Positions 1 through 10,119 of a stretch of DNA of 64,000 nt are shown here, one piece after another. Below the pieces are notes generated by a model. It had not been told where the DNA came from. It ran no database searches and worked only from the letters and a program-made list of their open reading frames with translations. How positions within the stretch are numbered: the stretch's first letter is position 1; each line of letters begins with the position of its first letter. The stretch comes from Candidatus Poribacteria bacterium (lineage in GTDB: Bacteria; Poribacteria; WGA-4E; PCPOR2b). The translations under genes and the position numbers were made by a program. The DNA lies in assembly GCA_965218095.1 (NCBI GenBank), contig OZ244587.1, positions 4,416,001-4,480,000 on the forward strand, in the 5' to 3' direction.

Positions 1-607
1 AGCCGAAGGATTTTGCCGACCAACGAGTTGAGATCTTGCGAGATGGGGGGGCTATTGGTATCTCCAGTCCCATAGAGCATGTCATCTGGCCCGAAAGCGA
101 TGCGTCCACTAATGTGGGCTTGATTGCTTGGAATCCGGTCAAAGATCACGCGGTTAAATGTCCTGCTTTTTCCCAGGTGTTTCAGGCGGATGATCCGGGT
201 GTACAATTGATCTTTCTCACGGTAGACGTGCATGACGTAAACGGCTCTGGCTCAAATGCCGGATGGAGCGCCATCCCCATTAAGCCACCATTACCCTCAT
301 GTATCACGTCTATTTTGGCATACAAGGTCGGCTCAGATGTCCCTTGAGTAATACGCCGGATACTGCCCGGTTGTTCAGCAACCAGGGCATCCCTGTTTGG
401 TAAGAACACCAGGGACCAGGGGATGCTCAAGGTCTCCACCTCGATTCCCTCCACCTTCGGCAGGTAGACATCTTCCACTGTTTGGAGCACCTCTCCACGG
501 ATGGGTAGTTGACCTGTCGCGGTAGTGCAATTGAGTAGTATCAAACAACAGGTGACCCAGCAACGCTTATCAAGTGGAAATCTCCTCTCAGTGTAGAACG
601 TGCACAT
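1..607 (-). pseudogene. PQQ-dependent sugar dehydrogenase (glucose/sorbosone dehydrogenase family), frameshifted, runs off window start
   Basis: Motifs LSIPWSLVFLP and EGNGGLMGMALHPAF; reading frame lost near 240; IS982 inserted just upstream. Confidence 0.7.
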
Positions 608-639
608 TCGGATTCTCCTTGCTTCCGAGCAATAGTATA

Positions 640-1553
640 ACCCAAGTTGCGACCTATTCATCGAATATGTGAGTGAACTCAGAGCTGATTGATACTGCTA
701 GCCAATACAAACAAGACCACTTTCAATTCAAATCCGTGTCGCGTTACTGCATGGATTGAACGTGGAAGCAGTTTGTTAATCAAACTGCCAGCCGTCTCAA
801 CAGACTTACGATGGTAATTAGCCAAGTAGGTCTCCCATGGTGGATACAGCCGCTTGGAATTCTTCTTGCGTACTGGCTTTAATTCGACTCCGACTGATGT
901 AACAATATCTTCTATCTCATAATTATTGTATGCTTTGTCACCATAGCCCGGTGGCAAGTCGAAGTCAAACCACTGTAACCCTTCAACGTCCCCTGTACTG
1001 GCTGGGGTCACAAAAAATTCAACAGGGTGTCGACTCGCAGTCACTAGCAGATGAACTTTCAAGCCATAGAAATACCGACGTTTGGACGCTTGATAGCCTC
1101 GATATGCCTTATCGGTGTAGATTTTTGACCGACGAATGCGGAACAAACAGCAATTGGTATGGTATCCAGTGCATAGATTTTCTGTTGATTAAGTTGCACA
1201 TAGCTTCGTCCCAAGATTTTGAACAATGTGGTGAACATCGGTTTAATCGACTTTTTGAAAGCATCTTGGGTATATAGCCATGAGTCTTTAGAAAGTCACA
1301 AGTGGTTTGCAAGTTTGCCCCGAAGAACAACGCAGCGACGATGCCGGTGGTCATCACTTCGGCATCAGACATCTGCGTTTGTGGGTGTGGTTTTGAGTTG
1401 AGTGCTTCTAAGCGCTTGTCACAGAGATAGAAAATGGTTGCAATTTGGATGTCCATGGGTTTCTCCTTTGGTTTCTCCTTTGAGGTATTATGGTTTGGAT
1501 TACCTCTACTTTAACGGAAAACCCATGGATTTTCAATTACTAGCAACTTGGGT
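640..1553 (-). mobile_element. IS982-family insertion sequence (degenerate)
   Basis: TIR ACCCAAGTTGC (640-650) / GCAACTTGGGT (1543-1553); 7-bp TSD TAGTATA at 633-639 and 1554-1560. Confidence 0.9.
679..1456 (-). pseudogene. IS982-family transposase, frameshifted and probably internally deleted
   Basis: Two ORFs (1109-1456, 679-1146) with MSDAEVMT, YFYGLKVHL, YGDKAY and RKSVET motifs. Confidence 0.85.
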
Positions 1554-1666
1554 TAGTATAACTATAGTTAGTCGTCACGAATTTTTTGAATCGTTGTTTT
1601 GCAATGAGTAAGGTGGGTTCAACCAAAAGGCTGATTGGTATTCGTCGGAAGCGGAAGGAAGCCCGG

Positions 1667-2581
1667 TTAGCGAGAGTCGGCTCCAGGGATCTCAAATTCA
1701 CTCAACTCGAAAGTCTCAGATAAGAGTAGATCGAATACTTCTCCGGTCGTTGTCGTTACCTCAGTCAGATAGGTGTACTGGTATTTGACAACACCAACGT
1801 TGGGAACGACCCAATATTTCGCCGGTTCGTACCTACTAAGCTCTAATCGGGTAGGCGGATTCCCAACAGGTTTTAAAGCTTCTCCCTGCGACAAACCGAC
1901 AATTTCTTCCTCAACCAGATAAGCGTTGTCGTAACTCCCGGCCGGAACCGTTACCGAGACATTTGCATCAATAACGCGGCGGATAACGCGAGTTGTCGGT
2001 GGCGTTGTTTTCTCAAAGACTGTCCACTCCTTTCCAAGCTGCGATTCTTCTGAGAACCACAGAGGAAAATCCCAGATAAGGCGCGGCGGAAAGTGTTTTT
2101 GATGGATAACAGGGTTGTCTAAACCGGAAGCGAAGACATCAAACGCTGACTCGTTATAGGATTGCGGCGTTTTCAAAAAGTAGGTCGCAAAAATCGGCAG
2201 ATCGAAATTTAGAAAATCGGAATCTATGCGATAATAGAGTCGATTTGCAGAGAGGTGATCGACAACGTCTCGGCCGATAATGGGATCCGGCTGTCCGGGA
2301 ATTCTTATCTCGATTTCACTGACGGTCATCTGCCGATGTGTGATTCCGCCAATGTCTCGGGCGCCTTCAATACTGAGTGTGAACGCCGCTCCAGTTTCTG
2401 CACTAACATAGGTCCATGCTGAACCGTTATTTGTGGGAAAATCGACAGCTCGCAGTCCTTCACTAGGGGGCGCAGCAATATCCACATCGCCGTGCGGATC
2501 GATCAAGCCCTCCTCCCCGCAACTGATCACGGCGAGGCAAACAACGGTAAGCATAAAAGTGACCATCGTATATTTGGTCAT
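1667..2581 (-). CDS. Hypothetical lipoprotein
   Basis: 304-aa ORF with hydrophobic N-terminus and lipobox-like VISC; VTVPAGSY..YWVVPNVGVVK C-terminal pattern. Confidence 0.7.
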   Translation of the reverse strand: MTKYTMVTFMLTVVCLAVISCGEEGLIDPHGDVDIAAPPSEGLRAVDFPTNNGSAWTYVSAETGAAFTLSIEGARDIGGITHRQMTVSEIEIRIPGQPDPIIGRDVVDHLSANRLYYRIDSDFLNFDLPIFATYFLKTPQSYNESAFDVFASGLDNPVIHQKHFPPRLIWDFPLWFSEESQLGKEWTVFEKTTPPTTRVIRRVIDANVSVTVPAGSYDNAYLVEEEIVGLSQGEALKPVGNPPTRLELSRYEPAKYWVVPNVGVVKYQYTYLTEVTTTTGEVFDLLLSETFELSEFEIPGADSR

Positions 2582-2777
2582 CTTATGGATTCCTTAACGT
2601 GAAACGTGATGCGCAAAACGTGAAAATAGGGCTTATACCCGATTTCGGCTTTCAATTTCTCATAATGATCAAATTAGTATACCACCATTCATAAACCGGG
2701 TCAAGCGGAAATGGATCGATAGGAAGTACGCCTACCTTATACGGACGGACTTTGGGGGATGACGAACCGGATTGTCA

Positions 2778-3368
2778 CTACGATAATCGCCCCGATAGAT
2801 CGGGATTAAGAAACTTGATGCGGAAGTTCTCGAAGCGAATCCAATGCGCTTCATCCGGCGGACCGTTGTAGCACTGGATGCTCACCTGGTCGTCGCCCGG
2901 TGGGGGAAGCTCGCCCGCCGCCGCCGTTTGGAATTCTGTTTCGTCTTCAGGGCAGTACTGTGCTTCCCACGAATCAGCGGTAACGAGCAGGCGCAGCCGG
3001 ACGCGCTTCGTTGACATTGGCCGTCGGCCAGGGATGATGTAGAGGTCGCCGTTGATGAGTTCCTTAACTTCTTTGAAGATCGGTATTTCGTCCTGGTACC
3101 AGGTGATCCCCGCCTGCTCGTACTGTTGGGTAGGATGGGTATGGTTGGTGACCGTCACTTCGATGGCATAAGTGCCCTCGCTGCGATCTGGTGCCGGCCG
3201 CAACAGCGCATTCCTGACCGTATCCGCCACGCTAGGCTCGACGCGAATCTCCAGCCCGCCATCCCGGATACGCCAATTGTCCGGATTCTCCCGCCGCCAC
3301 GACCAGCCTGCGTCGAGTTTGCCGTCGAAGTTGTCTTCAAAGGTGATTTTCTCGTTAGATGAATTCAT
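2778..3368 (-). CDS. DUF1349-like / concanavalin A-like beta-sandwich protein
   Basis: 196 aa, RBS GGAGG; FEDNFDGKLDAGWSW and QYEQAGITWY motifs. Confidence 0.6.
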   Translation of the reverse strand: MNSSNEKITFEDNFDGKLDAGWSWRRENPDNWRIRDGGLEIRVEPSVADTVRNALLRPAPDRSEGTYAIEVTVTNHTHPTQQYEQAGITWYQDEIPIFKEVKELINGDLYIIPGRRPMSTKRVRLRLLVTADSWEAQYCPEDETEFQTAAAGELPPPGDDQVSIQCYNGPPDEAHWIRFENFRIKFLNPDLSGRLS

Positions 3369-3637
3369 GTCAATACCTCCATTTGAGTAAGGGCGTCAAG
3401 GCAGCCACCTCATTGGGATCAACTTAAGAACTGAAATACACCGATTTCGCGGATTGACGCGGATTTCTTATTCCGTTGGCTTCGACAGCCAAGATCCGAA
3501 TCCGTGTCTAACAAGGATACGCAATCTATTGTTGGGGCCCAATCGGGAGCGGTACAACACCAATTTCCGTTAAATTGATCTCTATGGGGTAGGTTTCTGC
3601 GAATAGAACCTGCTGTTGAACAACAACCTCGTAGCTT

Positions 3638-3836
3638 TAGCGCCACCAGGCGCGACATGTTTATAGCATGATTTGGCATTAATCACATGTCGATAGCTCC
3701 ATCGGAGCGACATGTGATTCTGTGCAATGGATGCCCACGGATTGGCGTGAAACCATGAGGTTACATTTCGCTCCTACGGGGCTAAACAATGTAACGAAAG
3801 ACCGCTATCTATAGACATTTCGACCGCAGGGGTCTA
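3638..3836. repeat. REP/REPIN-like cluster 1 (two forward plus two inverted palindromic units)
   Basis: AGCTCCATCGGAGCGACATGT and inverted ACATTTCGCTCCTACGGGGCT-type units. Confidence 0.7.
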
Positions 3837-3921
3837 AAAAATTAACCCCCTCATGAAAAAAATCTCAAAATTAAATGAAACTCCATATAGCATAAAGCCC
3901 TATTTTGGACTTTGGACAAAA

Positions 3922-4046
3922 TCTAATAGTCAGGACGATGCTTGACACTGCTCCCGATGGATTGGCAAATCCATCAGTCTGATGTTGTGGCTTGGATTTG
4001 TCAATCCAAGCCGAGCGGGGTGTCGATCATCATATTGACCACTACA
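3922..4046. mobile_element. MITE with TGT..ACA-like ends, copy A
   Basis: Right end TGACCACTACA; flanking direct repeat ACTTTGGACAAAA at 3909-3921 and 4047-4059; homologous copies near 15972, 32903 and 40461. Confidence 0.75.
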
Positions 4047-4133
4047 ACTTTGGACAAAATTGCACGATTTCGTCATGGGGTGGCTGAAACCTCATGTGCA
4101 ACAAGACAAGGAATTTGCTAGACGCTGGCGCAC

Positions 4134-4290
4134 AGCCCCAAAGGGGCGAAATGTCTATAGCATCCGTGTTTTCCTCTAACCTTAGCTCCATCGGGGCGAC
4201 ATGTGGGCCAGCTCGCAAAACATGCCGCTCCTACGGAGCTAGGGCTAACGGTTGGCGTGGGTTCTATAAACATACCACCCCTACGGGGTT
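4134..4290. repeat. REP/REPIN-like cluster 2
   Basis: Same four-unit architecture as cluster 1; GGCTGAAACC occurs on both sides (about 4082 and 4315). Confidence 0.7.
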
Positions 4291-4385
4291 GGGCACGTTA
4301 GCTTGGTGCATATAGGCTGAAACCCTTGTAAGCAAATCATCTGGCTTGTGATCCGGTCCTCTCGCAAGTGCTTGTAGGTAATGGG

Positions 4386-5522
4386 CTATTTCGCGCCTTT
4401 GCCGGCCGATGCGGCATTGAGTCGCTTGACGAGTGGATGACGACGGTCTGGCAATGGGAGATTGGCTCTCGCACCCGTGAAATGGGACTCATAGACGGCG
4501 CTGACGCACTCCAGGGAGGTCAGTGCTTTTGAGCCACCGAGCGCCGGCTGACGGTTTTCGCGGATTGCGTTTACCATGTCCCGTACACTCCAAATCGAAT
4601 GTCTACCCGGCCACGGCTGACCGTCAATGAGAAAGACCTCTTTGGGGAGCAGGACTCGTTCCCATTGCGGGGTGTGTGCAGCAAACGAAACATCAAAGGG
4701 GCAATACCACATTTCATCTATGCCAGTTTTGGGATTGGGCTTGAGCATCAGTTGCCCCTCACCCCCTAAAATGTGGGGTCCCATCATCCAGCCGTGTAGC
4801 TGTTCACGACAATAGAGCTCAACCAAGCCACTAGCCCCCCGCTTTCCACCGAGATGAATCATCATTGTGTCGCCTGCCACCATTCCGTTGTCGCGCCGAT
4901 CTGTTTTGCAAAGCTCGCTACTGTGCATGATGTCTTCGACGCCGACATCATGTCCCCGGTAGGCGATCTGCGCGTGAATCCACTCAATGCCATCCATGAA
5001 GAAATCCATCTCGTCAAAGTAGTGGACACCCATTTCCATCAACTCAAATCCGGCTTCACGTCCCTTGCCGACCTCGCGGATGGAACGAAATCCACCAATT
5101 CGCCCCGATTGAATCCACTTTTTCGCGTGATGAAATAGTGGAGTAAATCGAAATTGATGGCTGACTGCAAGCCGCACCCTTGCTTCTTTACAAGCCGCGA
5201 CCATCTGATCGGCGTTTTGCAGATCGGTGGAAAGTGGCTTTTCACACAGGACATTGACCCCAGCCTTTGCGGCGGCAATCGTGATAGGAGCATGCAGCGG
5301 TGCATGGGTGCAGACACTAACAAGGTCTAGTTTTTCCATCCCAAACATCTCTTTGTAATCGGTGTAGCGATTGGACACGGCATATTCGTCCCCTCGTGCA
5401 TTGAGTGCCGCGGGATGAATGTCGCACAAGGCAACAAGCATCACATCTTTCAGATTTGTGTATGCGGTTGCATGACTCCGGCTGATTCCACCACAGCCAA
5501 CAATTCCAGCACGTAACGCCAT
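4386..5522 (-). CDS. Gfo/Idh/MocA family oxidoreductase
   Basis: GIVGCGGIS Rossmann motif and VLCEKP motif, 378 aa. Confidence 0.9.
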   Translation of the reverse strand: MALRAGIVGCGGISRSHATAYTNLKDVMLVALCDIHPAALNARGDEYAVSNRYTDYKEMFGMEKLDLVSVCTHAPLHAPITIAAAKAGVNVLCEKPLSTDLQNADQMVAACKEARVRLAVSHQFRFTPLFHHAKKWIQSGRIGGFRSIREVGKGREAGFELMEMGVHYFDEMDFFMDGIEWIHAQIAYRGHDVGVEDIMHSSELCKTDRRDNGMVAGDTMMIHLGGKRGASGLVELYCREQLHGWMMGPHILGGEGQLMLKPNPKTGIDEMWYCPFDVSFAAHTPQWERVLLPKEVFLIDGQPWPGRHSIWSVRDMVNAIRENRQPALGGSKALTSLECVSAVYESHFTGARANLPLPDRRHPLVKRLNAASAGKGAK

Positions 5523-5611
5523 AGATATGCCTTCCTTTTCGTTTTCGATGAATTAAATGAGGGGTGTTTATAATTGAAATTGAGTCAGGATAAAGGTTAT
5601 AACTTGTGCTA

Positions 5612-6432
5612 GGTTCTGTTGACATTTCAAGGGAGCCATATAAGAGTGGAGACAAAGCTGAGAAATCCAAAATAACGGACAGCTAGCTTCTCAAACCGAG
5701 AGAAGATACGACGATACCATTTTATCTTGTTGATGAAACATTCAACCCGATGTCTCTCTTTGTAGTAAGTGTTTGTCATACGTTCTTTGGTCAACACGAT
5801 GACTTTTTGGCGGTATCACCGCAATCGCTCCATTCGCCTTGATAACGGCGATAAAAGCGTCCGAATCGTACCCCTTGTCTCCAATCACATATTCACTGTT
5901 ATATCCGATTATCAACCCTTCCGCCTCAGTTATGTCATGTCTCTGACCGGGGGTCAGATGTATTCTTAGGGGATTGCCTAGTTCGTCAACTGTGATGTGA
6001 TTTTTTGTACTGAAACCGCCCCGAGAGCGACCTAATGCTTGGTTTTCAGTCCCACCGTTTTTTTTAAGGCACCAGCCGCACACGGGTACGCTCGAATGAT
6101 TGTACTGTCAACAATAAGCGACTCGATATCGGGGTCAGAGGCGAAGTGGGGGTGCATCTGTGTGAAGATACCTTTGTCGCACCATCGAGCAAACCGCTTG
6201 TAGCGGGTGTTCCATTTGCCATAGGTGTCTGGTAGAATCCGCCATTGAGCGCCGCTACGAGTCACCCACAGGACGGCTTCGACGAAGCGGCGTGTAGCAG
6301 CTTCGTCGCCAACATAGATGGTGGGACAGCTAAGAAGAAACCGGTATATCTTATTCCATTGTTCATCAGGTAAGGTTATTGGCGTCATTCTTCTATTATG
6401 CCACAACCTTATACTCAAATGTCAACAGAACC
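5612..6432 (-). mobile_element. IS5-family (IS427-like) element, copy 1, two-ORF form
   Basis: TIR GGTTCTGTTGACATTT, TA duplication; ORFs 6032-6418 and 5742-6083 overlap at an A8 run; GRSRGG and GDKGYDSD motifs; extra 1-nt insertion truncates the C-terminus. Confidence 0.92.
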
Positions 6433-6482
6433 TAGCACAAGTCGTAATCTTATCTAATTTTCAACAAAGAAAGGATTATAAC

Positions 6483-7100
6483 ATGTGTTATCCTGACAAG
6501 CACTATTATATCATATTGTTGTTCTAACTCCTCGAAGAATTCGAGGCATCGGGTACATTAAAGCAAACTGAGCGTCGAGGCTCCCCTAAAGTGCACCCCG
6601 ACAGTTCACTGATTGTCTTTTTCGCCGTTATGACCCTCAAAGCAGTCAATCGGTTCAAAGCACAATGCAGGTGGCTTTTGGCAAACCCCGATTGGCTGCC
6701 ACCCCTGAAACTCGAAAGCGTGCCATCGCGGGTGACTCTATCCCGCTGCTACAAACAGTTGGCACCGAAGCTCGAAGCGTTTGTTACATATCTTGGTGAT
6801 ATAGGGGTGACCCTTGATATAGAGACAACCCCAGAAAGGGTGTATGAAGACAAAAGCCTTTATAAGGCAAAAGGGAGTGTGGCACCAAAAACACCGAAAA
6901 GCAAACTACATCCCTAAAGGACTTCGCGCTCTAGACACGGATGCAAGTTGGTCAACGAGCAAATATCGGGGGTGGGTTTACGGATATGGACTTCATCTGA
7001 CAACCCCCGCGAGCGGGTTTCCGAGACTCGCTAGGGTCTATACCGCCTTTGTGAGCGAGAAAGCCGCGCTTGACCAGAAAATTGATTCACTGGTTGGCAG
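6483..7100 (+). pseudogene. DDE transposase, N-terminal half (stop plus frameshift)
   Basis: YEDKSLYKAKG and LDTDASWSTSKYRGWVYGYGLHL match the 38299 transposase; in-frame TAA at 6525. Confidence 0.85.
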
Positions 7101-7194
7101 ATGGAAAGATTCTAAGATGCTCGCCCACTACGCCAAAGCAGAACTCGCGGAACGGGGCACGATTGCCCGGTTCAAATACGGCAAAGGAAGGTGA
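7095..7194 (+). pseudogene. Probable C-terminal remnant of a tyrosine recombinase/integrase
   Basis: GRWKDSKMLAHYAKAELAERG resembles the Cre-like GxW....M...Y catalytic tail; only about 30 codons remain. Confidence 0.55.
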
Positions 7195-7196
7195 AC

Positions 7197-7805
7197 ATGG
7201 GAGCGATATATCGGATCTACAACACAGAAAATGGGAAATCTTACATTGGTCGAAGCAACCGCCCCTATCAGCGAATCGTCCGCCACTTGATGCCGGAGAG
7301 CTCAGTGGGAAGTCCTGCAATACAGGCAGACCTGCTCAACCATCCACCCGAATCGTGGCAGTGGGAGATTCTCGCCGATGACAGAGACTATCCGGGCGTT
7401 TCGATTGATGAACTTGAGAGTCAATTTATCCTCGGCTATAATTCCCAAGCAAACGGCTATAACATCATGCCCGGTGGCGAAGGCTTCGCTTCTAGCGCGA
7501 CAAAGGACGAACCGCGACTTCGTTGGAAGCATACAACCTTTGATCGCTCGCAAATACGGGGCAGGATTACCCGTGCGATTGACGACTACCAGCAACGCGA
7601 ACGGGCGGAACGCCAGAGGCAACAGGAGATTATTTCGGAATACGGAAGCCTTGAAGCCTATCAAGAACACGAGCAAAGGCAGTGGGAGATTCGGCAGCGA
7701 GAGGAATCGAGAGAAAACGCGCGCCGTGAGAACAGAGGCTGCCTGTGGGCCATTGGCATCTTCGCGGTTTGGTTTTTGATTAACCTTATCGCACGCGGGT
7801 GCTAA
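7197..7805 (+). CDS. GIY-YIG nuclease-domain protein with coiled coil and C-terminal transmembrane helix
   Basis: GAIYRIYN..GKSYIGRS..R..RH and later E and GYN motifs; E/Q/R-rich helix; terminal CLWAIGIFAVWFLINLIA; RBS GGAAGG. Confidence 0.8.
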   Translation: MGAIYRIYNTENGKSYIGRSNRPYQRIVRHLMPESSVGSPAIQADLLNHPPESWQWEILADDRDYPGVSIDELESQFILGYNSQANGYNIMPGGEGFASSATKDEPRLRWKHTTFDRSQIRGRITRAIDDYQQRERAERQRQQEIISEYGSLEAYQEHEQRQWEIRQREESRENARRENRGCLWAIGIFAVWFLINLIARGC

Positions 7806-7886
7806 ATAGCGATGTCGATTTTCGCCAATCGAAAGATCTGGCAAAAGCCCCCATCTCGGGAAGATAAAAGACCAGGGCACCTTAGC

Positions 7887-8233
7887 TTATGTCCGATAAA
7901 TGGCATTAACGAGCATTGCAAGTTGAAGTAACTTCACCGTGAGTATCAAAAAGGGGCGCACATTTTCAATTCGACTCACCGGAAGTTGCTTCTGATTGAC
8001 ATCGGTTGCCGCCCCCTCAATGAGCAGACTAAAGACCAGCTCAATAACTGTCTGACGCTGCTTCTGATAGCTTGCGAACGGCTCCGAGGTATTGATAGCG
8101 TCAAGGTAGTCAATCGCCTCATTGCTTTTGACACCGTTAACGGGTGTCAAAAGCAACACCCCCTTGTCCGCGAACTTCTTGACTCGGTTGAGGGCGGTAT
8201 ACCCCGCATCAGCGGCGACATACCTGATATTTC
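7887..8233 (-). pseudogene. DDE transposase, C-terminal half in inverted orientation
   Basis: YVAADAGY..RQTVIELVF..QKQLPV matches the C-terminal half of 38299-39309. Confidence 0.8.
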
Positions 8234-8508
8234 GCTCTCCCCTTCCATTTTCAGGTGAATAAATCAGCACGAAATTATATCATCTGCCTCTCGAAAAAGT
8301 CAATGACTAAATCGGTGAGATTCGGGTAGAATGCTCGCGGGGGCGCGTGTCGCCTTATGTCCTATAATTCCATCTGGCATTTACCTTTCAGAAATGTTTC
8401 ATTGATGATTGCCTCATTTCGCTAAAGGCACCGATGGCGTGAAAATATGCTATTTTGTTATAATTATTTATGAACACCCCTCAATTAAATGAGCACGTCG
8501 TTGATTCA

Positions 8509-9940
8509 TTAGTCGGTGAAATCTGACATCTCCCACACCAGAATCGTTCCAGCCCATGACCCGGAGGCGAGTTTTGTGCCATCAGGCGAAAATGCCACCG
8601 ACATCAACCCGCGCCCATCTCCTCGAAATGTGTCGATATGTTTTCCCGTCTCGACCTCCCACAGTTCGACAGTGTTATTCGAACCCGAAACAAGCCTTGT
8701 GCCATCGGGTGAAAACGCCACCGACCAGACCCAATTCGTATGCCCCTCAAGTGTGGTGATATTTCTTTTCGTGTCAACGTCCCACAGTTTGACAGTTTTG
8801 TCCTCCGATCCCGAAGCGAGCTTCGGGCCATCGGGAGAGAATACCACAGCGTGCATCCAATCTGAATGCCCGGTGAGGAGCGCGACTTCACGAGTTGTCT
8901 TCACATCATAAAGCCAGACACCAATGTTACTTGCCACCACGATATATGCGCCATCAGGCGAAAACGCGATCACTCTGTCGCCCTGACTAATCGTCCCTTT
9001 TTCCAAGCGCGTTTTGGCTCCTTCGGGTAAATGCCACCTCCGATAATCTTGATAAGTCAGACCAGTCCGTGCATCGTCTCGCTCTTTCTGGGCAGCAACT
9101 TGCAACGCCATCTGACCGTCGCCGCGTCGATTGGGGGGAAGGGGGGCGCGGTCCAAAATGGGTGCGTTGATAATCTCAACCTTCGTCGCCGACTCTTCCG
9201 CATCAAGGTTATACGGTAGCTGAAATCGGAGCCCGTTTGTGAAACTTGAGCCGACAATCAGGGCAATCGTCACAGCGGTGGCGACGCCCTACGGAATCAG
9301 CGGTTGACCACGCGGGACAACCGGGGTGGGTTCAAAATTGCCAATTCGCTCCAGCAGTTTTCGGGTGAACGTTGGCGGCAGTTGGAAGCCTCCAAAAGTT
9401 TCCTGCATCATCTTCGTTATCTCCTCTCGTAAACGGAGGCGTGCGCGATAGAGCCGGTCTTTGATTGCACCTTGCGACGTGCCGATGAAACGTCCAATCT
9501 CCTCACAACTCAAGCCACCGAGATAGTGAAGCGTCAAGACGGTGCGTTGGCTTTCGGGCAAACTATCTAGCGCATCACGAATCTCTTGCCGTTGCTGTTC
9601 GTCGCGGTAATCCCGTTGGGCAATCGTCTCCATCTCATCGGTTTCCACGTTAGCCAGGGGGCACGTTGGCAGACGTTTTTTGCGGTGCCACATCAGGCAA
9701 CATCTCGATGCGATGACATAGAGCCAACCGGCGAAATGCACCGGGTTTCGGAGCGTCGCCAGTTTCTGATAGGCTTGGAGAAAGGCGTCCTGTGTCAATT
9801 CTTCGGCGGTGTGAAAATCACCGGTTTTGCGGTAGACAAGCGCGTGGACCGCACCTTATGTATTTATCCACCAGAAACCCAAACGCGGTCTCATCGCCCG
9901 CAAGCGTCCGTTTGATTAGTTCACCGTCACTGTGATTCAT
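8509..9940 (-). pseudogene. ECF sigma-70 factor / TM / WD40 fusion, broken by a frameshift (about 9860) and an in-frame TAG (9289-9291)
   Basis: MNHSDGELIKRTLAGDETAF start; sigma regions 2 and 4 (TQDAFLQAY, LHYLGGLSCEEIG); PLIP*GVATAVTIALIVG continues in frame into WD40 repeats (GH..W..VAFSPDG..LASGS). Confidence 0.8.
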
Positions 9941-10119
9941 CGCAGCACTCCCGTGATTAAATCGTTCCTTTTCGTCAAACAGCGGTGATACGCCTTCACT
10001 ATTTATGATGCACTCAGGAAGTGGATGGTCAGACTCTTTTTTAATTTCCTTCGGTTCCTAGCTCCTAGCCCCGCTCCCGTCAAGCCGGAGCGAGAAATCG
10101 TCCGCTTTCACAATCTAAA

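Larger units (their letters stand above)
5558..8483 (+). mobile_element. Rearranged cargo-carrying element related to the 1111-bp IS
   Basis: TIR TGAGGGGTGTTTATAA (5558) / TTATGAACACCCCTCA (ends 8483); flanking duplication ATTAAA (AATTAAAT if ends are trimmed by 1); transposase pieces homologous to 38299-39309. Confidence 0.8.

Noticed and set aside
3638-4290. Repeat-spacer pattern as a CRISPR array
   Set aside because: Units switch orientation, are degenerate and have irregular spacers, which fits REP/REPIN
7095-8360. Integron cassette array or prophage
   Set aside because: No intact integrase, attC-like sites or phage structural genes found
9289-9291. In-frame TAG as pyrrolysine or recoding
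   Set aside because: The same gene has a frameshift, TAG is a normal stop for core genes here (thrS, rho, hslV), and TGG to TAG is simpler
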